The notes: generated by a model from the letters alone, not told the origin. Shown: positions 17,549 through 27,447, numbered from the stretch's first letter. The stretch is DNA of 64,000 nt from Actinomycetota bacterium (GCA_023487035.1 JAMDEN010000014.1:683-64682); one strand, 5' to 3'. Numbers and translations: made by a program.

Positions 17549-18130
17549 ATGACTCAATACGAAAGAAAAATAGCAGCTATAAATAAAATTTTAAATTCAG
17601 CTGAAAATTACATTAAAAAAAATGGAATAAATTCTTTAGACATTAATGAAATTTGTAAAGAAGCTGGCCTCACAAAAGGTGCATTTTACCATCATTTTAA
17701 AAATAAACAGCACCTTTTACTGGAGCTACTTAACAGGTGGATAAATAAAGTCTCATCACAAGTTGAAATTCCAATATCAGGTGATTTTAATACAACTGAA
17801 CTTATATTTTATATTATTGAAAAAATGTCTCCTTCATTTGAGCAGGCTGAAAGCCAACTGCCAATTTTTCTGGAATTATATATTAAAGCCATAAGTGATA
17901 AAAATTTAAAAAAATATGTATTAAAATCCTATAACAGCTTCCTTGATTTTTTTAGTGATTTATTAAAAGAAGGTATGTCAAAAGGATATATTAAAAAAGA
18001 AAATCCGACACAAGTAGCGAAAATACTTTTTTCAATTACTTTAGGGCTTTTGATTCAAGGATTAATCGATCCCTCTGGAGAAAACTGGAATGAGTTAGCA
18101 AAAAAAAGTGTAAGAATGCTTTTATCTTAA
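17549..18130 (+). CDS. TetR/AcrR-family transcriptional regulator
   Basis: 193 aa. N-terminal HTH (INEICKEAGLTKGAFYHHFKNKQHLLLEL). Confidence 0.75.
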   Translation: MTQYERKIAAINKILNSAENYIKKNGINSLDINEICKEAGLTKGAFYHHFKNKQHLLLELLNRWINKVSSQVEIPISGDFNTTELIFYIIEKMSPSFEQAESQLPIFLELYIKAISDKNLKKYVLKSYNSFLDFFSDLLKEGMSKGYIKKENPTQVAKILFSITLGLLIQGLIDPSGENWNELAKKSVRMLLS

Positions 18131-18453
18131 TATCCTTATCTTCTCTTATTTTATCTTATCTTAATCATTTTACTTTATATTCTTTTATCTTATTTTTTTA
18201 TATAATCTTACTTTATCTTATCTAAAAATATTAAAAATAAAATTTTTGAGAATGTCTAAAAAACCGCCTATTATAAGTTTTTAATATTTCCTGATATTTC
18301 CTTTTTTTATTAGTCTCAGATGTATAAATTTCTTTTTTTCTAAATAATTTCACAAAAATTTTTTGAATTTTTTAATTAAAATATATTGATATTTATATTT
18401 ACATACCTTAAGATTGTATTAATATTTAAATTTATTAAAAGAAAGGAGTAAAA

Positions 18454-18618
18454 ATGATTAAGGTAGTAACAATAATTCTCGGAATAATTTTGGCTATCTT
18501 AGGTATTTTAGCTTTAATACCTGCTCTTCATTTTGCAGCAGTATGGCTAGCAGTTGTTTTAATAATAATTGGAATCATAAATATACTACTTGGTATATTT
18601 AATAAAAAAACTGCATAG
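18454..18618 (+). CDS. small hydrophobic membrane protein (54 aa, two predicted TM helices)
   Basis: Not in the ORF track (<60 aa). ATG preceded by strong SD AAAGGAG at -11. Sequence MIKVVTIILGIILAILGILALIPALHFAAVWLAVVLIIIGIINILLGIFNKKTA. Confidence 0.4.
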   Translation: MIKVVTIILGIILAILGILALIPALHFAAVWLAVVLIIIGIINILLGIFNKKTA

Positions 18619-18706
18619 CAAAAAGCTGCATAAGAAAGTTGCACAGATTATACAATTTGCAGCATAAAAAATTTTTACTTGTAATTTATATTTATATTAA
18701 TAAGAC

Positions 18707-18790
18707 CCTGTTAATTTAATTATTATTTAGTGATTCATAATAAATTAACAAATCAGGGTCTTATTAATTTTTTTATATCTTTTTGTTTAT
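18707..18790. terminator. long imperfect inverted repeat (about 22-bp arms) followed by T-run; probable bidirectional terminator
   Basis: ttaataagaccctgttaattta ...loop... taaattaacaaatcagggtcttattaa then tttttttat. Confidence 0.35.
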
Positions 18791-18904
18791 GATTTTTCTT
18801 TTATGATTTCTTTAAAAAAAAATTTCTTTAAAAAGGCTTTTAATTTTAACAGTAAAAATGTATTATTAATACGATAATTAGGTTAATAATTTATTTGAAA
18901 ACTT

Positions 18905-19060
18905 AATATTTTTAATTTATTCAGGGAATTCGGTGAAAAACCGGAGCGGTGCCGCCACTGTAATCGGGTGTGTGCTTTTCAATATGTCACTGACTTTAAA
19001 AGTCGGGAAGGCGAAAGGCAAAGTCCCGAAAGCCAGGATACCTTTAAAAAAATTTAAAAT
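18905..19060 (+). promoter_or_regulatory. cobalamin (AdoCbl) riboswitch aptamer
   Basis: Matches conserved core elements of the cobalamin riboswitch: AGGGAA, CGGTGAAAAACCGG, GCGGTGCCGCCACTGTAA (B12 box), CACTGAC, AGTCGGGAAGGC, GCCAGGATACC. Confidence 0.8.
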
Positions 19061-19125
19061 TATATCTCTTCGGCCTAAAGAGTATTTTTTTTATTTAAAA
19101 ATATTTTTATCTAAAAATGTATTTT

Positions 19126-19160
19126 ACTCCTGCCGAGAGGCAGGAGTTTTTGTTTTTTGT
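19126..19160 (+). terminator. intrinsic terminator (riboswitch expression platform)
   Basis: Perfect 9-bp stem actcctgcc/ggcaggagt with GAGA loop followed by TTTTTGTTTTTTG. Confidence 0.65.
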
Positions 19161-19275
19161 TCTTTATATTTTTAAGTTTTTAAGTCTTTATTTTAGGAAA
19201 CATTTAGCAATATTCAGTAATGTTTTAATTTTAATAGTAAGTAGTAAAATATAATTATTAAAGAAAGGATAAGAA

Positions 19276-19803
19276 ATGGCAAAATTAAAAAAGGGCTACA
19301 TTCAAATTTACACGGGAGATGGTAAAGGGAAAACAACAGCAGCATTAGGACTTGCTTTAAGGGCGGCTGGATTTGGCCTTAAAGTTTTTATTGCACAATT
19401 TATAAAAGGTATGCAGTATTCAGAGATAAAAGCTTTGAAAAAATATTCAGATAATATTTCAGTCAAGCAATATGGCAGAGGATGTTTTATTATGCGCGAA
19501 CCTGAAAAAGAAGATTATTCTGCTGCAAAAAATGGATTTGATGAGATTAAAAAAATTATAAAAGACGGATTATATGATATTGTCATACTTGATGAAATAA
19601 ATATAGCTGTTCAGTTAAAACTTATAAATATTATGGATCTGATAGAAATTATGGAAAACAAACCTGAAAATATCGAGCTTATTCTTACAGGAAGAGGCGC
19701 AGATGAAGAAATAATAAAAAGAGCTGATCTTGTTACGGAAATGAGAGAAATAAAACATTATTATAGAGCAGGTGTTTTAGCTCGAACTGGAATTGAAAGA
19801 TAA
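19276..19803 (+). CDS. cobO: cob(I)yrinic acid a,c-diamide / cob(I)alamin adenosyltransferase (CobA/CobO/BtuR type)
   Basis: 175 aa. GYIQIYTGDGKGKTTAALGLALRAAG P-loop. ...VILDEINIA... LILTGRGA... ADLVTEMREIKH typical of CobA-type ATP:corrinoid adenosyltransferases. SD AAAGGA upstream. Confidence 0.85.
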   Translation: MAKLKKGYIQIYTGDGKGKTTAALGLALRAAGFGLKVFIAQFIKGMQYSEIKALKKYSDNISVKQYGRGCFIMREPEKEDYSAAKNGFDEIKKIIKDGLYDIVILDEINIAVQLKLINIMDLIEIMENKPENIELILTGRGADEEIIKRADLVTEMREIKHYYRAGVLARTGIER

Positions 19804-20041
19804 GTAAATTTAAAAAATACAATAATTATAATAATTATAATTTTATAAGATAATAATACCTGATAATCTAATTTTAATTATTCTTATGTGTATTTATATT
19901 TATATGTAAATTTTATTATATGTAAATTTTATAATTTTTTAGTATTATTTTTTTTAATTTTTATTTTCTTATTTTAATAATTTTTTTATTTAAATAATTT
20001 TAAGATTAATAAAATTTATAAATTTTCTGGAGGTTTTTAAA

Positions 20042-20287
20042 ATGGCTGAGAATAAAAAAATATGTAAAAATATAGATCCTAAAGTTATTGCATATATTGC
20101 AGGTGGGGCTGTTGCGGGCGGAATAGTTGGCTATATCATACATAAAGTTGGTTTTAAAAATGTGGCAAAGATTTTAAAAGATAAAAATATAATCTCTTCA
20201 GGTATTGGTGACTTTATAAAAGATTTTGATTTAAAATCTTTTACTTCAAAAAATAATAAGGATTTTGAAGATTTAGAAGAGGATTAA
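20042..20287 (+). CDS. hypothetical small protein with one Gly/Ala-rich TM segment
   Basis: 81 aa. SD GGAGG 8 nt upstream of ATG. VIAYIAGGAVAGGIVGYIIH hydrophobic segment. No recognisable domain. Confidence 0.3.
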   Translation: MAENKKICKNIDPKVIAYIAGGAVAGGIVGYIIHKVGFKNVAKILKDKNIISSGIGDFIKDFDLKSFTSKNNKDFEDLEED

Positions 20288-20544
20288 GGAATGTCTATTT
20301 GCATTTCCTTGTGAATATTCGATTCGCTTATCCTCGAGAGAAGCTCTTTAAGTTCATACTCTTCTGTCTCAACAGGTGATATAACTATTTGCTTATTTTC
20401 AACTTTAATTTCTACAGCTGAGTTCTCCTTAAGCTTTAGCTCCTTAATGTAAGCATTTGGCAGTCTTAATCCAAGACTATTACCCCATTTTTGAATTTTA
20501 GTTATCAAATTAAATAGTTTGTATGTGTTAATTAATATATACAA
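20284..20544 (-). CDS. AbrB/MazE/SpoVT-type (swapped-hairpin) antitoxin-like protein, apparently orphan
   Basis: IQKWGNSLGLRLP motif typical of MazE/PemI/ChpS-type antitoxins. True start probably downstream of the annotated one. No toxin gene adjacent. Confidence 0.5.
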   Translation of the reverse strand: MYILINTYKLFNLITKIQKWGNSLGLRLPNAYIKELKLKENSAVEIKVENKQIVISPVETEEYELKELLSRISESNIHKEMQIDIP

Positions 20545-20634
20545 TGTATATGCAATTATTTTTAAATTTTGTCAATACAAAATATATAAAAAATGTATAA
20601 AAAATTAATTAATTTTACTTAATTTTAATTAATT

Positions 20635-20979
20635 TTACTGGTTCTGTGGAGGTTGTTGCTCTTGTGGTGGAACAACCTGATTACTTTGTCCTCTTGGTTT
20701 TTTCCTGATAACCATAAAATAATAAACAAGTCCTGCAACACCATTAAGCCCGACAACCCAGCTAACAAGCAAAATTATTAGCCATGTGGTTTTTGAACTT
20801 TCAGTTGCATTAGGAAACTCTTCATTTTTTCTCTGTGCACAATCAACAATTGCAATAACCCAAAAAGCAAAAAGAGCTAAAGCTATAAGTGCAAAAACAA
20901 CCCAGAAGCAAATCATAAACCATACTAAACCTCCAAAAGCTGTTGCAACAGCTGCATCTCCTGCTTTTGCAATTAACAT
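20635..20979 (-). CDS. small integral membrane protein (PLDc_N-like C-terminal TM motif W..L....G...Y....R), Pro/Gln-rich tail
   Basis: 114 aa. Three to four hydrophobic helices. TTWLIILLVSWVVGLNGVAGLVYYFMVIRKK. C-terminal PPQEQQPPQNQ. Confidence 0.4.
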   Translation of the reverse strand: MLIAKAGDAAVATAFGGLVWFMICFWVVFALIALALFAFWVIAIVDCAQRKNEEFPNATESSKTTWLIILLVSWVVGLNGVAGLVYYFMVIRKKPRGQSNQVVPPQEQQPPQNQ

Positions 20980-21251
20980 AATATCCTCCTAACTTATTGT
21001 ATTCTTTAGTATTCTTCCTGATATTGGCTGCTTAAAAAATAATAATAATTTTTTATTTTTAATTATATAATACCTGTCTTAAATTATTATATTATAATTA
21101 ATCCAATAAAACTAAACTTTTCCATAGAATGTTAGTATTTTGGTCTCTTAAATCTTATATTTCATACAAACCATTTCCAATCTTTAATTATTTTATTGTT
21201 ATTAATTCTTACATTTTATTTTTTTATTAAATTTTAAATTATTTTTTAAAA

Positions 21252-21746
21252 CTATTGTTTTAAAGTTGGGGAATCAAACCATAAACCAGCTACCAGCATT
21301 TTCCCATTTTCATCTTTAAAAACAAGCTGGATTGAAACATCTCCTTTAGTTTCTTTTGAATATTTTGCTGTATAAAATACACTATTGTATCCTTTTTCTG
21401 TTAAAGTCCTGTTAAATTTCAATGTACCCTGTTGATACTCACCAATTTTATCCATTAGTGGTTTACAAACTGTATTAACAAAAGCATCTTTATCTGTTGC
21501 ATAAGTTTTTTGAGTTTCAGGATCAATTAATTTTTTAAAAGAATCTTTAAATTCTGCATTAAAATAATTAGAAATTGAATCATAATCACTTTTATTAATA
21601 GCAACAAGTACTTTTTCTGCAACTTCTGCTGAATAATCAGGCTCAACTGTTCCTCTTTTGGCACATCCTGATGAAAATGATAAAAATAAAACTGAAAGAG
21701 ACAGACAAATTAATAAAACAATACCTGATAATTTTTTATTCTTCAT
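21252..21746 (-). CDS. hypothetical lipoprotein
   Basis: 164 aa. Signal peptide with lipobox-like FSSGC. Confidence 0.5.
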   Translation of the reverse strand: MKNKKLSGIVLLICLSLSVLFLSFSSGCAKRGTVEPDYSAEVAEKVLVAINKSDYDSISNYFNAEFKDSFKKLIDPETQKTYATDKDAFVNTVCKPLMDKIGEYQQGTLKFNRTLTEKGYNSVFYTAKYSKETKGDVSIQLVFKDENGKMLVAGLWFDSPTLKQ

Positions 21747-21960
21747 TTTTATTCTCCAATATTTTTTAATAGTTAATAATTTTAATAATTAAGAATTCAG
21801 GATTAACATTTTAACTTTATAACTTTATTTACAAGACAAATTTTATTTTTATTATTATATTCAATAAATATCTTTGATAATTATTTTTGATTTTTCAAAA
21901 AAATCTTTTAATTATTATCTTTAATTATTAATTATCTTAAATTTCAATTTATATTTTATA

Positions 21961-22536
21961 TCAGGAATATAATTTTTTAAGTAACCATGCCATATTCTGA
22001 CCTAAAGTCTTAAGAGTATCAACTCCTTCTTTATCTTGCATAACTTCACCTTTTGCATTTGCAAATACAATATTCCAGTAAGTTGAGGCAGCAATGATAC
22101 ACTGGTTTAAGAAAAACAGGTTGTTTATCTCATTACATACATCTACTGAGCCGGTTCTTCTTGCAATAGCAATCCCTGCTGCTACTTTTCTTTTAAGTTT
22201 AAAGCCTCCTGCACGTGCACAATATCCTACTCTGTCAATAAAAGCTTTTGTTTGAGGAGTTAAAGAACCAAAATATGTGGGTGAACCAATTATTAAACTC
22301 TCTGACTCATAAATATTTTCTAATGCCTTATTAACTAAATCATCATCAATTGCACAAAAACCGTCACCTGTTTTTTTACATATCAGACAAACATTACAAC
22401 CTTTTATTTGCTCACTTCCAATTTGAAATAATTCTGTCTTTATACCTTCATTTTTTAACTCATCTAAAACTATATTTAGTGCCAAAAAGGTATTGCCATC
22501 CTTTCTCGGGCTCCCGTTAAAAGCTACTACCTTCAT
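21961..22536 (-). CDS. iron-sulfur flavoprotein (Isf) / NADPH-dependent FMN reductase family
   Basis: 191 aa. MKVVAFNGSPRKDGNT flavodoxin-like FMN site. Compact Cys cluster CNVCLICKKTGDGFC (Cx2Cx2Cx7C) characteristic of Isf. Confidence 0.7.
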   Translation of the reverse strand: MKVVAFNGSPRKDGNTFLALNIVLDELKNEGIKTELFQIGSEQIKGCNVCLICKKTGDGFCAIDDDLVNKALENIYESESLIIGSPTYFGSLTPQTKAFIDRVGYCARAGGFKLKRKVAAGIAIARRTGSVDVCNEINNLFFLNQCIIAASTYWNIVFANAKGEVMQDKEGVDTLKTLGQNMAWLLKKLYS

Positions 22537-22677
22537 TTAAAACTCCTCCTTAATTTATCCTTAATTTAAAAAAATTATAATTATGGTTAACTGCAATTAA
22601 AAATTAAATTTAAAAAATTATAAGTACTATCCAAACTTGTTGTTTACAATTAACTCTTTTACCCCTCAAGCAAAAAA

Positions 22678-23883
22678 TCATATATAAATTCTGGGGATTC
22701 TATCACCAATCATACAAACAATTTCATAACTTATGGTGCCAATTAAATCCGCCAGTTCATTTGCAGCTAAAGTTTTTCCTTTGCTGCTGCCAATAAGAAT
22801 AACTTCATCTCCAACCTTTGCATTTTGTGCATCAGGACAATCTGTTAAATCTATCATTGTCTGGTCCATCGTCACTCTGCCAACTACTGGTGCAAAACAG
22901 CCATTAAAAATAACGCTTGATTTATTTGAAAAATTCCAGGAATAGCCATCAGCATACCCTACAGGAATTGTAGCTATTATACTATCTTTTTTAGTCGTAT
23001 AAGTTGCGCAATAAGAAATATTTTCTCCTTTAGCAACTTTTTTTATAAATGAAATTTTAGCTTTAAGGCTTAAAACAGGTTTTAATTTTTTAATAAACTC
23101 TGAAGCTTCTTTGCTGCAAAACTCATCATAATTATTATCAAAAGGATTTATTCCATAAATAATAATTCCAAGTCTTACTATATCAAGATGCATATAAGGA
23201 TATCTAATAAAAGCTGCGCTATTAACACAATGATAATTTTTAATATCCGGGTTTGTATCTTTAAGCCCTGTCATTATTTTATTAAATCTTGACCATTGCA
23301 GAATTGTATATGAATCATCTTCTTTTGAAGCACATGCAAAATGAGTAAAGACTCCATCTATTTTAATATTAGGCATTTTTTTTATCATAATGATGCTTTG
23401 AATAGCATCTTTATAATTTATTCCTATCCTGTTCATGCCTGTATCAATTTTAATATGTACTTTTGCTTCCCTGTTTATTTCACGGCATAAATCTGAAATT
23501 AATCTTGCGCTTTCTATTGAAGTAACAGATAAAGTAATATCATTATAAACAGCATCTTTTATTTTTTCAGGTGCATGTGAACCAAGACACAATATTGGAG
23601 CTTTAATTCCCCCCTTTCTTAATCGAAGTCCTTCCTGAACCAATGCAACACCAAGCCAGGAAGCACCTGACTGAATTGCTTTTTTGGAAATTTCAACTAA
23701 TCCATGGCCGTAAGCATTTGCCTTAACAACTGCCATTATACCTGGACTTAAGGAATCTGAGGATGTTTTAAGACTTCCCAGATAATTTTTAATTAATTCA
23801 ATATTACAGTAAAGATCATTCAGATTTATTTCAACCCATGCAAATCTGTTTTCTGGAGAATATATTTTACTGTAATTCTGCAT
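22678..23883 (-). CDS. alr: alanine racemase
   Basis: 401 aa. PLP-lysine motif AVVKANAYGHG. Typical Alr length and C-terminal beta domain. Confidence 0.85.
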   Translation of the reverse strand: MQNYSKIYSPENRFAWVEINLNDLYCNIELIKNYLGSLKTSSDSLSPGIMAVVKANAYGHGLVEISKKAIQSGASWLGVALVQEGLRLRKGGIKAPILCLGSHAPEKIKDAVYNDITLSVTSIESARLISDLCREINREAKVHIKIDTGMNRIGINYKDAIQSIIMIKKMPNIKIDGVFTHFACASKEDDSYTILQWSRFNKIMTGLKDTNPDIKNYHCVNSAAFIRYPYMHLDIVRLGIIIYGINPFDNNYDEFCSKEASEFIKKLKPVLSLKAKISFIKKVAKGENISYCATYTTKKDSIIATIPVGYADGYSWNFSNKSSVIFNGCFAPVVGRVTMDQTMIDLTDCPDAQNAKVGDEVILIGSSKGKTLAANELADLIGTISYEIVCMIGDRIPRIYI

Positions 23884-24096
23884 AAAAATTCTTTCCTAAA
23901 ATTATCTGCCCTTTTCTGTTTATAATCATAAAAATAAATTTAATGCCCGGATAAAAAATATCTTTAATATTGAACTTAAAATAGAGCTAAAACTAACCGG
24001 CAAAAACAATTTAAATATTTTATATAATATTTAATTAACTTTTACTAATTAAAATTTATTCATATAATGACTGAAAATAACATTATTTTATTTAAT

Positions 24097-24561
24097 TTAC
24101 TTATTTAAAACCATAGATTTTACTATATCAGCCCTTGTAATAATACCTGAAAGTTTTTTATCTTCTGATAACACGGGTATTCTGTTTATTTTATTGTCAA
24201 CCATCAGATTAGCAACATCATCAACTGGCGTATCAGGTGAACATGAAATAACATTGGAAGTCATTATTTCATAAACTTTAGTTGCAAGATGCTTTTTTAA
24301 ATTATTTTTAAATTTTGTAAGACTTTCAAGATAAATTATGCTATCCAAAAGTTTAAAATACCTGGGAAAATGCAAATCCGTATCTTTTACAATTATATCT
24401 CCTTCAGTAGCTATACCTATTACTTTACCTTCATCATCAACTACAGGCACTCCACTTATATTATTATTTAAAAGAACATTGGAAAGCTCTTCGATAGAAG
24501 CATCTTTATGAATTGTAATTACATTTTTTGTCATTATATCCTTTGCTAAAAGATCCGGCAT
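24097..24561 (-). CDS. CBS-pair domain protein
   Basis: 154 aa. Two CBS motifs (DIMTKNVITI...GVPVVDDEGKVIGIATEGDII; IMTSNVISC..RIPVLSEDKKLSGIITRADIV). Confidence 0.7.
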   Translation of the reverse strand: MPDLLAKDIMTKNVITIHKDASIEELSNVLLNNNISGVPVVDDEGKVIGIATEGDIIVKDTDLHFPRYFKLLDSIIYLESLTKFKNNLKKHLATKVYEIMTSNVISCSPDTPVDDVANLMVDNKINRIPVLSEDKKLSGIITRADIVKSMVLNK

Positions 24562-24599
24562 CTTAGCCTCCTTTAATTTAATTTGAAATCGGGTTTATT

Positions 24600-26315
24600 T
24601 TAATACTTTAATTTTTCTATTTCCAAAAAAACGCGTTTAATTCCTTCAAGTAAATCTGTAGCAATTAAAGACGTCTTACTTGTTTTTTTACTAATAATAT
24701 CAGAAGAAAGTCCATGAATATATGCTCCGCATACAGCTGCATCCATTATATCCATACCCTGACATAAAAGTGATCCTATTATTCCTGTTAAGATATCTCC
24801 TGTTCCAGCAGTTGCAAGCGCAAAATCACCAGTCGGATTTATAAAACTCACACCATCTGTATTTGTAATAATAGTACCTGAACCTTTCAGTAAAGAAACT
24901 ACGTTAAATTTCTTTGAAACCTCCAGGTTTACCTCAAATCTGTTTTCAAACCCTATATTTACACGAGATAGAATTGAAGCAAGTTCTCCAGGATGAGGAG
25001 TTATTAAAACATGCTTAAGATTATATAATTCATCATCTTCGTTATCAATAAGATTAGTAAGTGCTTTTAAACCATCTGCATCAAGAACAGTTGGTTTCTT
25101 TATTTTTTTTAATATTTCTTTAATAAGCTTTATAGTGCTTGGATTTCGTGAAACACCAGGTCCAATTGCAAGAGCATCATATTTATCACTTACGGCTAAA
25201 ATTTCACTTAGTGCGTTTAAATGCAATGAGCCTTCTTCAGTTTGTGCAACAGGAAGAGTCATAACTTCAGTAAGCTTAACTTCAAAAATGGAATTTAAAT
25301 CCCAGGGACAAACAAGAGTAACAATACCTGCCCCAGCCCTCATTGCTGCTTCACAAACCATTGTTGCAGCGCCTGTAAATCCAAGTGAACCTGCAATTAC
25401 GAGCAGCTTCCCTACGCTATGTTTATAAGACTTAAATGTTCTTTCCGGAATTTGCTGAGCAACCCACTGAAGATTTGCTTCATAAACCTTTTCATGTTCA
25501 TCATAATATTTTTTTGGAATTCCTATATCTGTAACTTCAATTTTACCTGCATAATTTGCACCAGGATAATTTGCGAGCCCTAATTTTTTTACTCCAAAAG
25601 TAATAGTAAAATCTGCCTTTACTGCAACCCCAAGAATTTTCCCATTATCAGAATCTATTCCTGAAGGAATATCTATGGCAAATATTTTTAAATCGTTATT
25701 AAGCCCTTTAGCTTCATTTTTAGCTTCATTTATAAATTCTATAATTTCTCTTGCAATACCATGAACTTCGCTGTCATGAAGCCCGGTCCCGAATATTGCA
25801 TCAACTATAAAATTGGCGCTTTTCAAACTTTCTTTAAAAATTTTTATTTCTTTTTCAGAATTTTCATTAATGAAATTAATATTTAAATTATTAAAATTGC
25901 CTTCATCTTTAAGTTTAACTAATTCATTAAAATAATAAGCGCTATCACTGGAAAATTTCTGCAGGGGCGCAAGACAAAATAAATTAATTATAAAATTTTG
26001 TTTTACTAAATTTAATGCACATACAAACCCGTCTCCTCCATTATTTCCACCACCACATACAATAACACCTCTTATTTTATTTAAACTGAATTCTTTTATA
26101 GGGTATTTTTTCATTTCAATATCATCTATAACAAAAGGCCCTTCACTTTCAGAAGTATTTTCAAAATATGAAATAATGAAATCAGACACTTTTGTGCCTG
26201 CATTATTCATAAGCCATTTTGAATCAATACCGTTATTTATACATTTTCGGTCAATTTCAGAAATGTGGCTTCCTTTTATTATGCTGATAAGATTTTGCGA
26301 ATTTAATGAATTCAT
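24600..26315 (-). CDS. nnr: bifunctional NAD(P)H-hydrate repair enzyme Nnr (YjeF_N epimerase + ADP-dependent dehydratase)
   Basis: 571 aa. N-terminal GGGNNGGDG motif. C-terminal carbohydrate-kinase-like GPGVSRN...LDADGL...TPHPGE...LKGSGT...GDFALATAGTGDILTG. Confidence 0.8.
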   Translation of the reverse strand: MNSLNSQNLISIIKGSHISEIDRKCINNGIDSKWLMNNAGTKVSDFIISYFENTSESEGPFVIDDIEMKKYPIKEFSLNKIRGVIVCGGGNNGGDGFVCALNLVKQNFIINLFCLAPLQKFSSDSAYYFNELVKLKDEGNFNNLNINFINENSEKEIKIFKESLKSANFIVDAIFGTGLHDSEVHGIAREIIEFINEAKNEAKGLNNDLKIFAIDIPSGIDSDNGKILGVAVKADFTITFGVKKLGLANYPGANYAGKIEVTDIGIPKKYYDEHEKVYEANLQWVAQQIPERTFKSYKHSVGKLLVIAGSLGFTGAATMVCEAAMRAGAGIVTLVCPWDLNSIFEVKLTEVMTLPVAQTEEGSLHLNALSEILAVSDKYDALAIGPGVSRNPSTIKLIKEILKKIKKPTVLDADGLKALTNLIDNEDDELYNLKHVLITPHPGELASILSRVNIGFENRFEVNLEVSKKFNVVSLLKGSGTIITNTDGVSFINPTGDFALATAGTGDILTGIIGSLLCQGMDIMDAAVCGAYIHGLSSDIISKKTSKTSLIATDLLEGIKRVFLEIEKLKY

Positions 26316-26333
26316 ATTAAACCCTTTAAATTA

Positions 26334-26765
26334 TCATATTTTATCATATTTCTTTATTAATGAAACTGCATAAGCCATACAATAATATCTTGTAGAAGAT
26401 AAAGAAATTTTTATATCAGCTATATTATTAGCTAAAAAATAAAAATGAGATTTTCCATGCAGAATTACATAAGGGTTTCCCATTTCACTATTTAATATTT
26501 CTATTTCATTAAAAAAAATAAACCTGCCAAGCCCTACATATAAACTTTTAGCAACTGCTTCTTTTGCAGCAAATCTTGCTGCATAACTTTGATATTTATT
26601 AATATTTTTTGACTGGCAATATTGTATTTCGTTACTGGTATAAACTTTTTGCAGAAATTTCGGATATTTGTTAATAGCTTCTTTTATTCTATTTATTTCA
26701 ATTAAATCTGTACCAATTCCAAAAATTTCAATATTTCTATCATTATAAGTTTCATAATTTACCAT
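26334..26765 (-). CDS. acpS: holo-[acyl-carrier-protein] synthase
   Basis: 143 aa. IFGIGTDLIEINRI and FAAKEAVAKSL motifs of AcpS-type phosphopantetheinyl transferases. Confidence 0.8.
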   Translation of the reverse strand: MVNYETYNDRNIEIFGIGTDLIEINRIKEAINKYPKFLQKVYTSNEIQYCQSKNINKYQSYAARFAAKEAVAKSLYVGLGRFIFFNEIEILNSEMGNPYVILHGKSHFYFLANNIADIKISLSSTRYYCMAYAVSLIKKYDKI

Positions 26766-27028
26766 TTTTTAAATATATTTAAGTTGTTAATTTTATAAAT
26801 TTATAAATTGTTATGAACTTTTTATAAATTTTAGAAAAATTTTATAAGTTTTTTAATATTATTTAATATATTATCAGAACCAGATGTATTTAAAAAATAT
26901 TATTTTCCATTTTTCTCAATTTTAGTTGTCACAGGGACGTATAATTTGACATGACATATCAGTTTCTTAGCGATTATTATAATAGTAAAAGCTTAAAAAA
27001 AATTTAATATAAAAAATATAAAAAACTA

Positions 27029-27082
27029 TTGACATCCGGATTTCTCAATTATAAGATATATCTATACCTGAGGTATAGGTAT
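27029..27082 (+). promoter_or_regulatory. candidate sigma70-type promoter (TTGACA-17-TAAGAT) with overlapping pseudo-palindromic candidate CsoR operator ATACCTGAGGTAT(AGGTAT)
   Basis: TTGACA at 27029-34, TAAGAT at 27052-57. Inverted repeat ATACC-N3-GGTAT at 27064-27076, about 150 bp upstream of copZ. Confidence 0.35.
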
Positions 27083-27222
27083 TAATTATTAAAATATAGT
27101 TAAAATATAAGATATTTTTAAAGTAAAATGAATAAAAAACAAAAGTCTTTAAATATTTTTAAATATTTTTTAATTAAAATTCAAAGGAATAAAGGGAAAA
27201 TTACCTTAAGAAGGGGATTGAT

Positions 27223-27447
27223 ATGAAATATCAAATAGAAATAAAAGGCATGCATTGTACAGGGTGCAGCAGTCTTATAAAGATGAGCCTTGAAGGGGCA
27301 GGGTTGACTAATGTTAATGCAGATATCAAAACAAACACAGCTACATTTGAAAGCAGTTCAAATGAACCATCCAAAATAAAAGAGGTACTTGATAAAATTT
27401 TCGCAGATTTACCTGATTATTCTTATGAAAATATTCAAATAGTTTAA
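27223..27447 (+). CDS. copZ: copper chaperone CopZ (HMA domain)
   Basis: 74 aa. GMHCTGC metal-binding motif. SD AAGGGGA upstream. Confidence 0.8.
   Translation: MKYQIEIKGMHCTGCSSLIKMSLEGAGLTNVNADIKTNTATFESSSNEPSKIKEVLDKIFADLPDYSYENIQIV

Noticed and set aside
18130-18300. Short tandem 'ttatctta / atcttat' repeats after the TetR gene that could be mistaken for a CRISPR-like array
   Set aside because: The units are 7-8 bp, degenerate and without unique spacers. This is simple low-complexity AT-rich sequence, not a CRISPR array.
18933-19175. 80-aa ORF in the six-frame track
   Set aside because: It lies entirely within the cobalamin riboswitch aptamer and terminator. It has no SD, and its odd composition reflects the RNA consensus, so it is spurious.
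26766-27028. Duplicated 'ttgacat...ttctcaatt' elements upstream of copZ that might hide an sRNA or a second promoter
   Set aside because: Only one has a properly spaced -10. There is no terminator or conserved structure, so the evidence is insufficient to call a feature.
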